Both the position numbers and the translations under genes were made by a program. Below, piece after piece: positions 1 through 17,170 of a stretch of DNA of 64,000 nucleotides (the stretch's first letter is position 1; each line of letters opens with the position of its first letter). The notes under the pieces are model-generated. The model did not search any database, was not told where the DNA came from, and saw only the letters and a program-made list of their open reading frames with translations. Source of the DNA: Eledone cirrhosa (Eukaryota); contig OZ024747.1 in NCBI GenBank assembly GCA_964016885.1, forward strand, positions 25,172,001-25,236,000, written 5' to 3'.

Positions 1-17
1 CACAATTTGTTTGTTAC

Positions 18-65
18 CATACATAATCGCCTAATCTGCTCAGACCTGGTTGACAGACAAAACCT
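18..65 (-). CDS. Putative small internal exon of an unidentified gene divergent from Rab18
   Basis: On the minus strand, a long polypyrimidine tract plus ctttgccttctacAG acceptor precedes a 48-nt exon and a GTaaca donor. One frame is open (GFVCQPGLSRLGDYV) and phase-compatible with a candidate exon at 255-310. No homology recognised. Confidence 0.3.
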
Positions 66-254
66 CTGTAGAAGGCAAAGAAAGAATTTGGAAGAAAGAG
101 AGGATGGAGAAGAAGAAAAAAAAAGATGATGAAGATGAAAAGAACTTGAAAAAATAAAAGATAATCGAAAAGGAAAAGAAGTGTATTAAAAAGAATAAAG
201 AAAGCATGCAGAATATACAGGTTTTTGTGTCTACTGAGAAATGAAATGTGTTAC

Positions 255-310
255 TGGGCTGAACTGTATAAGAAACGAAACAATCTTTTGCGCCAAGAAA
301 AGGTAGACAT
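255..310 (-). CDS. Putative first coding exon (MSTFSWRKRLFRFLYSSA), basic and mitochondrial-presequence-like
   Basis: ATG at 310, 18 codons + 2 nt, then GTaaca. Phase 2 joins the 18-65 exon in an open frame. Purely ab initio. Confidence 0.2.
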
Positions 311-429
311 GAATATATGCATAGATTAGGAAAGATAAAAAAAGATGGGAGAGATAGGATCTCGTAAACTTTTCATCATTTCCCTCCGGTTGGTACAGAC
401 AAATTTTGTATGGGAGGAAATAACTGAGT

Positions 430-675
430 GACTCAACATCGGGCCGACGATGAGTGCTCCAGTTGATTCAAACAACGAAATAGCCCGCTCTCAGGGAGAT
501 TCAGTATGTGATAAGACTGGCACCTTGAATTGCATTTTTTATCAGCTGAGTTGACTGAAATAACATGAAATAATGTGTCACTCTCAAGGACACAACGTGT
601 CACCCTGTCTGGGAATCGAACTCATTACCATATGATCGTGAGCTCAGTACCCTACTAAGCCACATTCCTTCGCCA
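430..675 (-). mobile_element. tRNA-derived SINE (family B, CORE-like body), reverse copy
   Basis: The reverse complement shows tagtagggtactgagc...gagttcgattccc (A/B-box-like) and gtgtccttgag. The same family occurs at 4030, 17710, 19120 and 34095 (+) and at 16360, 22130 and 47950 (-). Confidence 0.6.
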
Positions 676-1042
676 ACCGATATATATATATATATAAAGA
701 CAAAAAAAAAGTCAACTAACCCAAATGCAGTTTGACCTCTGAAACATGAGGTAAAAAGCTAAAAACTAGTAAAGTACATATCGTAAAAGATTTAGTTTCC
801 ATCAACTTTTACACACGAAAGCGCACACATACATCTACTAGAGAATAGCGATATAGAATAAAAAGTTTTTTCGATAGGGTGGTGGAAATCCCCCCACCCC
901 ACACACACTCGCATCTCTCTTCCTCTCACTCACTATATAATAGAGAGAGAGAGAGAGAGTGTGATGATGACAGCTTAAAATACTCATGGCGAAACTTGTA
1001 AATACTTATTTCGGCCAACTTCGTTAAGCAGGATTATATATT

Positions 1043-1088
<46 letters not shown>

Positions 1089-1117
1089 TGAATGTGTGTG
1101 TGTATATATATATAGCA

Positions 1118-1206
1118 GTGACGCAATTGTTTTGCGAAAAGTGCCTACGTCATCTGATTGGTTTTAAAAATAAAGTGACGTGTTTCACAAGATTTAACGC
1201 CATCTT
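1118..1206. promoter_or_regulatory. Putative Rab18 (possibly bidirectional) promoter
   Basis: A locally CpG-containing cluster of ATF/CRE-like half-sites (GTGACGCA 1118, TACGTCA 1146, GTGACGTG 1175), an inverted CCAAT (ATTGG 1157) and a YY1-like CGCCATCTT (1198), about 330 bp upstream of the Rab18 ATG. Confidence 0.45.
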
Positions 1207-1530
1207 TGTTTTCGTTGTGGGCGATCACATTATTTTTCTGTCATACACTATAGTTACACATACACATTATTTTAAAAAAATATAAATATACGTATACATT
1301 GAGCGACTATTGTTTGTTTTCTAATTAATTTAATATATATATTTAAGCAATCAGCGGGATTTTGTCACTTCGTAGTTGCCTCTGCATCTAAACTGCTTAT
1401 ACAGCTCGTTTGTTTTAGTGACCGTCTATTTATCTCCTGGTCTTTCCCGTCCACATCAGCTGGTTTATTCCCGTCTTTTGTTGTTGCTTTTGTCATACGA
1501 CCGCTTCGGATTATTTGTCATTTCCTTCTC

Positions 1531-1601
1531 ATGGATGATCAAGACATTCTTACAACTCTCAAGATCCTTATCATTGGAGAAAGTGGAGTTGGAAAGTCCA
1601 G
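1531..1601 (+). CDS. RAB18: Ras-related protein Rab-18, coding exon 1
   Basis: Translates to MDDQDILTTLKILIIGESGVGKS(S), the diagnostic Rab18 N-terminus and P-loop. It ends in phase 2 at a canonical AG|GTAAAT donor, the same intron position I recall for vertebrate RAB18 exon 1. Not present in the ORF track. Confidence 0.93.
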
Positions 1602-1819
1602 GTAAATAAATACATGTACACACTCTCTCTAACACTCACTCATATATAAATACACACATACACCTATATATGTTTGTGTGTGTGTGTAATAATCCTTCGT
1701 TTTAAGATCACAGACTATTTCTTATGCTTTCCGGGAGTGAAAATGACAAAAAAAATGTTATCAACACAATCGTAATCTACACATTCGAAAATATATCTCT
1801 GTAAAATCTGCATTATTAA

Positions 1820-2010
1820 GAAGGTGGATTGTCAGTATCGGTAGAGAGTCGGACACCATGCTTTGCAGCATAGAGTTACGGTCCTTTACAGTCTGAGTTC
1901 AAATCCCGCCGAGGTTAACTTTGCCTTTCATCCTTACGGGGTCGATAAAATAAAGTACCAGTAATGCTGGGTAATTGCTAGCCTTGTGCCAAAAGTAGAA
2001 ACAATTATTA
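1820..2010 (+). mobile_element. tRNA-derived SINE (family A)
   Basis: A-box-like tggattgtcagtatcggtag, B-box gagttcaaatccc and conserved body gaggttaactttgcctttcatccttacggggtcgataaaataaagtacca. Near-identical copies at 21281, 27435 and 33899; flanked by attattaagaa repeats. Confidence 0.85.
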
Positions 2011-2142
2011 AGAAAGTTATAAAGAAAGTCAGATGTGGGCACTAGACTACAGTCTATAGTTAAGTCTTTCTATGTTTGTGTTCTTAAAACGGATTACTAC
2101 ACACACACACATGTATGTATGTATATATATATATATTAATTT

Positions 2143-2236
2143 TGAAATTTACAGCTCAACACCCGAGAATTTTTTTACGGGATAAAACCTCGTAGGAGGC
2201 CAGCGAAACCTGCATAGGTATGAGCTGTAAATTTCA
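2143..2236. repeat. 16-bp inverted repeat enclosing a half-hammerhead (Penelope-like terminal remnant)
   Basis: tgaaatttacagctca (2143-2158) and tgagctgtaaatttca (2221-2236) flank GAAA-CCT-GCAT-AGG-TA (2205-2220). It sits between (TA) runs. Confidence 0.5.
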
Positions 2237-2685
2237 TATATATATATAATTATGTGTACACAGGTACATATTTATATATATACATAATATATATGATTAA
2301 TATATATACATAATTTATATGATTAATATTTTATATGTAGACATGAGCGTCAGTTTTAGAGATGGTAAAAGATACGTGGTGCCTTTTCGACGACTCTTCC
2401 TCCCTCTTCAAATAATTACGTCTTCTCCCCCAGAAAATAAATCAACAACAAAATAATCATTAACAAATATATATAAGTTTAAAGTGGTTTACACTTTCGT
2501 TGTTAAGTACATATTTCCTCTTCATCACCCCACCCCCTCGGACATTTTCTCTACGAAACTAATATTTTCTATATGTATATGATTCTGTCACATCTTTTTC
2601 TATCATACTTTGCGTGTATGTATCAAGTTTATCATTAAAAATCTTAACCATTATATATATATATATATTCTAAGTGATAAGTCGT

Positions 2686-2740
2686 TACTCTGGAGTTTCA
2701 TCTGATGATCTTGTGAGTACACTGGTGAAACTCCAGAGTA
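2686..2740 (+). ncRNA. Degenerate minimal hammerhead ribozyme within a 15-bp inverted repeat
   Basis: CTGATGA (2702-2708)...GAAA-CTCCAGAG-TA. tactctggagtttca/tgaaactccagagta form an inverted repeat. Stem I and stem II are decayed. Confidence 0.45.
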
Positions 2741-5655
2741 TCAAGATAATAATAATCGGCCAGTATCAGCCATAATAAAGAATATAAAACTCGACTTCGG
2801 TATTGAGTACTCATTCTCACACAGATATATATATATATGTAAGGATGAAGTTGGTTTTTGGCTTATCCGAGAGATGGAATAATGTAAAAGTCACCCTTCT
2901 CTCACTATACACGCACACACACATATATAAGAGAATACCTTTTCTCGGTTTCGGGCGTATATGTGTGTATTGGGCAAGTTATTCTACGAAGTTAGTTAAC
3001 CAGTTCATTTCTTTTGTGTTTGGAGATGACCTTATATAATCCACACCAGCAAATGTTGGGGCGTAATAGAGATGAATGACTTTCATCTGTCTCTCTCCTT
3101 TTTTTTTCTCTCAACAAATCTATATTATAACTGTACAGACTTTTTATCCACCTGTCACACACGAACGCTACAACCCTGTCAAAAAAACGTTCTAAAAGTT
3201 TTAGAATTCATGGAACACTAATATAAGACAGAAAAATAAGAGGTGATGGTGACAAATGTTCTGAATGCTTTCATTCATACCAGAACTCTCACACACACAC
3301 ACACAGCCATACATACGTATCTAGTCCACGAAAAGAAACTGAATATTATTATGGGTTACGTATTAGTACTAACCACAAAATGTAATGTCAATCGGTGTTG
3401 TATACTAATAGTTTAAGTGAAATTGTAAGACTCCAAAGAAACTAGTGATGGCCTTCTTACAGGCGATTTCCTATTGAAATGTAGTACTAAATAAACTTTT
3501 TCGTGTTAATAGCTTTTTGAAAGATTTCTTCTTTTTTTACTGGAGTAAAGAAAGATTTAAAAATTATTAAATAATAAACTAGAAGCGTTTTAAAAGCAAT
3601 TTCTTTACGTTGAGTGTACCAAAATATTTTTCTCCCGTTTTTACTTAATTCTTTGAAATCGTGTTATATAATTAACTAACGAAAAACACCAACACGCTAT
3701 AATTCAACCCACATAAACTAACTTAACTCAATACACATAAAAGAAATGTTATTGCGATCTCAATTCAACCAAAGCATTCACATGCTAGGTATCAGCGACA
3801 CTGGGAACGGTGAATATCTAGAGCCAGAAAGTACTTCACTCTCAAAAACTACTAACCCTTTTCAAAACTTAGGTAAGACCCATAATGGAGTGTTGCTTCA
3901 AAACCTGTGCTAGTGCTGTTGTTGCAACAATGAACTACTATCATTCACTAGTATTGATGTTATAAGTTTGATTTCATAGAGTATTAGTCTTCGCTATCTA
4001 TTGTAAACCTATAGCTGACATTGAATACATGTGACCTAGTGGCTAGGGTGTTGGACACTTGATCATAAGGTCATGGGTTTGATTCCTGGACTGTGCAACT
4101 CATTGTGTTTTTGAGCAAGATACTCAATACCTAAGAAACCTATGAGATGCAACCCTGTAGGAGGTCAGTCAAACCTAGAGTTGTGAAGCTGTAACAACAA
4201 GAACATGATAGAACTATCATTAAAGCACCTAAGACCCCCCCCCCCCTCCTATAAAATGTAACCTAATATGAGGCCAGCTAAACCTACATTGATGCAAGCT
4301 GTAAAACATCCATTGAGCTAAAGACAGACAACAGAGATAATATATATATATATACCATTTACACCACCAATCATAAACCACACCCAAAGATAAAACAAAT
4401 GTATCAGAAATACTTAAAACATCTCTCCATTTACTTATATACTTTTGATATATTTCACAAGAGTTTCTTTCTATTGTTTACATGTAAATTTTTCTTAGAG
4501 CCCTTTTTGTAGAATTGTTTGATAGAAATGTTTATATCATGCTGGTATGTGTTGAACAAGGTTTGGTTCGAGGCTTGATAGGTCAAAGAACTACACCTTG
4601 CTCATGTTCCATATTTTGGCACAGTCCACACTATAAATGTGCTTGGCATTAGGGAAGGGTGTCCAACTGTGGAAACCAAGCCAGAAACAGTTCTGTTTGA
4701 GCAAGACATGATAATATGATCTGAACTATCTCACAACGGGACAACTCATCTATCGTGGAAAATGGACGTTAAACCGTGATGATGATGGGGAGAGAGTGAG
4801 AGAGTTAATGACAGTGGAAGAATCCACTAATATTTTGGCAAGGTGCGTTAAGCTCAATTTATCGTTCATTTCTCTCTAGCTATGTGCCTGTTAAATATAC
4901 TATCATCATCATTATTTAATGTTTGCTTTTCCATGCTTGCATAAGTTGGACAGGTCTTTTTCTACACAGCATCCCAGCGTTCCTTCATCTCTTCCATGAG
5001 CTTCAGTGATTTGCAATCAGCTTTCACAAACTCTGCCCAAGTCTTCCTCTCTATATATGTCCATGTATGTGTAAGATGGTAAAGAGTTGGGTGTCCTTGA
5101 AATCTCTTTGTTTATGCTTCTGCTAGTTCATCCAAAACCATTGTGCATTTTGACAATGTTCACAATTCCCAACACTGATAGTTTCAGATTTAATATCATA
5201 AAGCAATTATTAATGTTATTTCTTTATTGTTCAAGTATTTTTCCTGGCAAGTTTCAGCATTTTGATGTGTGGGTTACCTTTGAGCAGACCAATTTCCGTA
5301 TGTCATAAGAATGATTTTGTTCCCATTTGTAGTTCACCTCCCAACACTGGTTTCTTTTAAGTATTTCAAGAAAAATGATAAAATGTGTTCAGTGATAGTT
5401 TCATTTCCATTTAATCCTGTGTTATTTAATATGCATGATTGAGCTATATGGTATTTGCACAGTTAAATTATGATGTATGCTATACATATTGAATGTATCT
5501 GTAGCACAGTGCATTAGACAACAGAATGCTATAAACATTTTGGAAACTTTTCAAATGAAACCGAATAGTGTTCTGTTAAACTGAATATGCTTCATTAAGA
5601 ACAATTCTGGTAGATCTGTAGCTCTTTTCAACTTGGGCAATTCCAGGTATTCTAC

Positions 5656-12025
<6,370 letters not shown>

Positions 12026-12026
12026 C

Positions 12027-12177
12027 TAGACGGTTGTCCCCCTTGCTTCTGTTGGACACCACCAGAGGGCATTAGCCCCAGTGTTTGCATAGCTACGACT
12101 TCCTAAAACCGAATTTCTTTAGAAGTACGAAATTTCTATATATATTGTATAAAGCTATGCTTGAAGTGAAATCTTAT
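12027..12177 (+). mobile_element. Partial inverted copy of the hammerhead-bearing 289-nt element, starting at the ribozyme cleavage site
   Basis: ta|gacggttgtcccc...ttcctaaaaccgaatttc is the reverse complement of 12270-12361 and continues into the reverse complement of 12500-12560. Confidence 0.8.
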
Positions 12178-12184
12178 TTCTCTT

Positions 12185-12269
<85 letters not shown>

Positions 12270-12591
12270 AGAAATTCGGTTTTAGGAAGTCGTAGCTATG
12301 CAAACACCGGGGCTAATGCCCTCTGGTGGTGTCCAGCAAAAGCAAGGGGGGCAACCGTCTATGCATTTCAGGCTTGACTGGCCTTCGTCAGGACGGTCCC
12401 TCCCACCGTTTGCTACTGCTGGACTTGAAAACAGTCGAGAATATATAGTTTTCTCGTCTGTGTAAATGAGGTGATTAATCTCATTTGCATATGAAGCTGC
12501 ATAAGATTTGCTTCAAGCATAGCTTTATACAATTTGTATAGAAATTTCGTATTTCTAAAAAAATACGGTTTTAGGAAGATGTAGCTATGCA
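12270..12591 (-). mobile_element. Retrozyme-like / Penelope pLTR-like element: 289-nt monomer with ~30-nt terminal redundancy
   Basis: cggttttaggaag..gtagctatgca occurs at both ends (gtagctatgc at 12292 and 12581, period 289). It contains one hammerhead and no ORF. Confidence 0.75.
12354..12397 (-). ncRNA. Minimal type-I hammerhead ribozyme (intact)
   Basis: Minus strand reads ACCGUC-CUGACGA-AGGC-CAGUCAA-GCCU-GAAA-UGCA-UA|GACGGU: perfect 6-bp stem I, 4-bp stem II, all core nucleotides, palindromic stem III (AUGCAU) and an AUA cleavage triplet. Confidence 0.9.
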
Positions 12592-12866
12592 TGGGTTGGC
12601 CGAGTCCTCTATTCTGTGACTAGACAGGTTGGATGACCATGTTCTCATCATATTTTCTACGTTAACATAGTTTCTATGGTTGGATACCTTTCCTAATGCT
12701 AACTATATTATAGCATGTACTGTATAATTATTGTGAGACTAGCATTACTATTTTACAGGTTGGGCTAGGTGCATTTTAGTGTTGCACTAGGTAGGTGTTG
12801 GTTATTGATTTGACTGAAGAACCTCTCTACCATGTGAGAAGGTAAAAGGGGAGGAAGAATATATAT

Positions 12867-13066
12867 NNNNNNNNNNNNNNNNNNNNNNNNNNNNNNNNNN
12901 NNNNNNNNNNNNNNNNNNNNNNNNNNNNNNNNNNNNNNNNNNNNNNNNNNNNNNNNNNNNNNNNNNNNNNNNNNNNNNNNNNNNNNNNNNNNNNNNNNNN
13001 NNNNNNNNNNNNNNNNNNNNNNNNNNNNNNNNNNNNNNNNNNNNNNNNNNNNNNNNNNNNNNNNNN
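12867..13066. other. Assembly gap (200 N)
   Basis: A run of exactly 200 N, most likely a fixed-size scaffolding spacer. Confidence 0.99.
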
Positions 13067-13070
13067 TATA

Positions 13071-13421
13071 TGGTGGACGAGACTGAACAACTGGTTCGCT
13101 TCTTCAAATATCATTTTAGAAGAAGAATAAGAATGGAGAGAGAGGTGCTGCACCCCAGCAAATCTTACGAAAGGTGGGTGAATGTGGCAAAGATGGCCCG
13201 AGTGGTTGGGCCTTCTCTCTGTGTAAGCCTGTAGGTCGAGGAAGAGAGGAGTGCTCCTGGAGATGAGGGTTGTACATTTTTTTCGGGGTGTGCAACCCAT
13301 TTGTAACGCCTCCCCCATATTGGTGAATTTCGTTTGTTTTATTTATTATTTTTGTTATTCATTTTTACACGCTTTGTATGTAAACTCCCCATCTTTTGCG
13401 CCCTTGTGGCAAATAAAGAAA
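13071..13421 (+). mobile_element. Tx1-type LINE 3' fragment
   Basis: Encodes WWTRL...QLVRFFKYH...RWVNVAKMARV, matching the ORF2 C-terminus of the 57-62 kb element. Ends cccttgtggcaaataaagaaa followed by (TA)n. Confidence 0.8.
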
Positions 13422-13858
13422 TATATATATATATACACACACACACATACGTAAAGTCAGAAACATGTGTTTATGCATATATGAGTGAAAGCAATAGTCG
13501 ATAAAAGACCTATAAATAAATAATCGTTTCTACTTTTGGCACAAGGCCAGCAATTATAACAGTGTATTACTGGTACTTTATTGTATCGACCCCGTACAAT
13601 AAATAGGAAACAAAGCAAACTATACTTTGTAATCATAGAGAAAATATGTAGAAAACTGAGAAAGTAGTATTTATAAATATGTGATTTCAAATTTGTTGTT
13701 ACAGTTGTTATTTATTAATGAGAGAGATTGTTGTTGGCTAACTACCATAAATTAATGTCGCAGTAATATTTATTAGTTGACAACAAAGCAGGTATTACAA
13801 TGAGACAGGGAGGAAATGGTTTTGTTATTATTGGTGGTTATGTTGTGTGTTTATTTGT

Positions 13859-13911
13859 TAAATATGTCGACGCCGCCAAAGCCTTAGTTTGGTCGGTCGT
13901 CGACATATTTA
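13859..13911. other. Strong 53-nt hairpin (candidate pre-miRNA or structured element)
   Basis: A perfect 14-bp stem taaatatgtcgacg/cgtcgacatattta, plus 8 further pairs with two 1-nt bulges and a 7-nt loop. Confidence 0.4.
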
Positions 13912-14384
13912 TTTATTTATTATTTCTTCCTTCCTCTCTTGCTTTGTTATTAATTCTTGTCGCTTGCTGCTAACTCTTGCTGTTTGTTGATTTTCTTTCC
14001 CCGTCGTATTTGTGTTTTTCATCAAAACACCTAATACCACTTACCAACATTAAGTGTGCATGGAAGCTCCTCTGTCTGAACGTGTTATCGGGCCCCTTTG
14101 CGTATTATTTGCGGTAGGAAAGAAAATTAATTTGGAGCAATCTAAAATCGAGGGGGACCCTAGCTGCAACACAGTCAACACCCAACTAAATACACTACTG
14201 TTCATCGTCAAAAACACATAATACCACTTGTTCTGTCTTGTCTATACAAATACAAGAAACTATTTTTCTATAGTTCCTGTTATTGTTGTTTAGCTCCAGA
14301 TCAGACCTCCAGCAACAACCATTCCAATATTTTTTGTATATTTAGGTCGACATTGTCAAATGTATGCTTCTTTTTTGTATTTAA

Positions 14385-14638
14385 CCCTTTCGTTACCTAT
14401 TTCTTGTAAACAAAAGGAAAAACTACCTATAAGGTTTTTAATAATTTTGAAAATAACCAATAGTTTGGAAGAATGAATAGCTATTTTTTTTTTAAATTAT
14501 AAATATAAAGCTTGTGATTGGAATATAACAAGGTTCTTGCATAAAACTATGATGCTAACTTTTAGATAAATACCAACACTTTAAAATTATTTTATTATAA
14601 GAACATGGACGGTTTCAGGTGGTTTGGTGTTGAAAGGT
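14385..14638. mobile_element. piggyBac-like MITE
   Basis: TTAA|CCCTTTCG ... TGAAAGGT|TTAA. Decayed relatives near 21000-21244, 23060, 23760-24230, 28430-28660, 32533-32845 and 56500-56660. Confidence 0.55.
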
Positions 14639-17076
14639 TTAAGAAAGTAGAGGTTGGTTGGAAAGATAATTTGACTGCTATTTCCCTTGTTTGTGTTGTT
14701 TCGAAGTGTTCCTCACCAAAACACATAATACCACTTATTCTATCTTAGACAGTAGACGCAGATTTGACTGCTATTTCTAACATATCAAATCATATCACAT
14801 ACAAATGAACCCCTCTTTGCCATCTAACTAACGTTCCAAGTAGAGGTGGCCACTCGAAATTCTAAACCTCATGTTATAAATAATGATTTCTCTATTAACC
14901 ACTTCTACTTCAGATATGGTGACATTCTTTGCAACAATGTAGCATTATATATGTTGTGTGAGTGTGTGTTATACATTGTTATACATTCATTTAGGTGTTC
15001 GCTTTGTTTCTATTTCCGAAGATGTTTTATGGAGGTATATTATTCCGTGTAGCGTTGATACAGTGGCGACTGGAGAATAGCTTTACACATTCTGTCTGCT
15101 TTATTGTATACATACAAGTATTATTGTATTATTAAGACATATATAACCACTGCAATCAAACTTAAACGATTTCGATTGCGAAAGGTGGGTGGAGGGCGGA
15201 TTATACACTCACACACGTACATATATATAGGGAGAGAATTGAATATATCACGACAGAGAATAGCTTAGATAGTTATACATATGGTTGGTGTCTTGTATAT
15301 GTATGCTTGTGTATACACTACTGTCTATGTGTCGACTGTGAGTGCCTTGCGTACATTTAATGTACAAAAGATAGAAGTTTGCTGTTGTATTGTGTAAACT
15401 AATCAAACATTTCTTCTCACACATATGCATATGTGTATATATGTGTGTGTGTACACACACACACACATCATCGTTTAACATCCGCTTCTCCATGATAGCT
15501 CGTACAGACATGCATGTGTTTATGTATATATACACACACATACATATCATCGTTTAACATCCGTTTTTCCATGCTAGCACATACAGACATACATGCATGT
15601 GTTTATGTATATATATATATCCGTATATATATATATACAATGTGTATGCGTTTCTGGGTTTGCCTGTGGGTGTTCAAAATTTATCGTTTAAAATATGGTG
15701 TATGTGTAAAAATGTTGCATACTTTGGTTTCGTGTTTTGGGCTAATCTGGTATCGAAAGGATTAATAGAAATGAGAGCCAGCAGATTTGCTCAAGGATAC
15801 AATGCGTTGCCCAACATGGTAATCGAACTCACATCTTTACGTTTGTGAACCCTAATCATTAAGTAAACCACGCACCTTCACTAACCAGTAACAAACTGTG
15901 GAGTGGGTGGAACTATTGAGAACATGTATGTATCTTACATCAACGAATTGGCAGTCATTAGAACATCTGATAGCATTAGTTCCTGCTCTCTGTGCTCCGA
16001 GTTCAAAAGCTGCTGAGGTCAAATTTGCTTTTCATCTTATTGAGGTTGGTAAAAAAAAGTACCAAACCTGTACTAAGGTCAATTCTTCTTCTATATTGCC
16101 TCTCTCTCACTTTCTTATTCTTCTCTGGAAGACCTCAGTTGTGTTCAAACCTGGGAATAGGATGGTCTCCATCAGATTTAAAATGCTCAAGACATGTCAT
16201 ATATCACAACACTACCCCGATGACTCCGTCTGGAGTTATAGAAACCACTCAGCTATGTCTGCATCTATATACAACAATAAGTATAAACAAGTAGACATAC
16301 ACTCAAGTATATATATATATCATTAGTAGATGTGCACAACAAATGTGATCAACCTGCATCGGTTATGAGTATTCCAGTTGTTCAATCAACGGGCCAGCCT
16401 ACACATGAAATTAATGTGCAAGTAACTGAACATTCCACAGACACGTGAACACATGTGATTCTTAGGGAGTTTCTGTGTGACAAGTTTGGCCCTTTGAATT
16501 ACAGATACAGCAGAGTGGACTGAAGCAACATGAAATCAAATGTCTTACTCAAGGACACAAGAGCTGCCAAGAATCAAACTCACAATCACAAGCTGAAAAA
16601 CCTAACCACTAAGCCACACACCTTCCACAGCACACACAAACACACTCGCTCACACTGTACACTCCAAGTTGAGAGTCAAAAGGTGCACATGACTCAAACA
16701 TTTTTTTTCTTTTGTCTGTAGAGTAACCAAATGTGTGATACCATTAGTTAGAATAAATAGTACTGCTTAGTTCAATGTTTAACTTAAAGAAAGAAATTGA
16801 CTAACAAGTTTACAGAAATTATTCTTTTATTCTTTTACGGGTTTCAGTCATTAGACTGTGGCCATGCTGAGGCACTGACTTGATTTAGTCAATCATATTG
16901 GCCACAGTACATATTTTATCATTTTTTTTGTTAGTGCATTATGTCACTGGATACACATAATATATTTATATATATATATATGGTTTTCGAAAGGGGATGC
17001 ATCAGAAACCACAATTAAAATAAGGTACTCAATACATTAGGAAAGAAGATACATATTTATTTCATATAGAACTGAA

Positions 17077-17170
17077 TTTTACCTACAGGACTAGAACTGT
17101 TTCATCCATTTGAAATCATTTGGAATGATGATTTCAAATTAATAAAACAATTCTAGTCATGTAGGTAAAA
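17077..17170. repeat. ~94-bp imperfect palindrome, probable Penelope-like terminal inversion
   Basis: ttttacctacaggactagaactgttt / aaacaattctagtcatgtaggtaaaa arms with inner tttgaaatcat/atgatttcaaa. The nearby GTACTCAATAC motif (17025) is shared with hammerhead-associated elements. Confidence 0.6.

Noticed and set aside
1376-1609. 77-aa ORF over the Rab18 exon
   Set aside because: Wrong frame; the real coding frame starts at ATG 1531.
1820-2010. tRNA gene
   Set aside because: A/B boxes are present but there is no cloverleaf; it is multicopy with TSDs, so a SINE.
12802-13318. ORFs spanning X residues
   Set aside because: Artefacts of the N gap.
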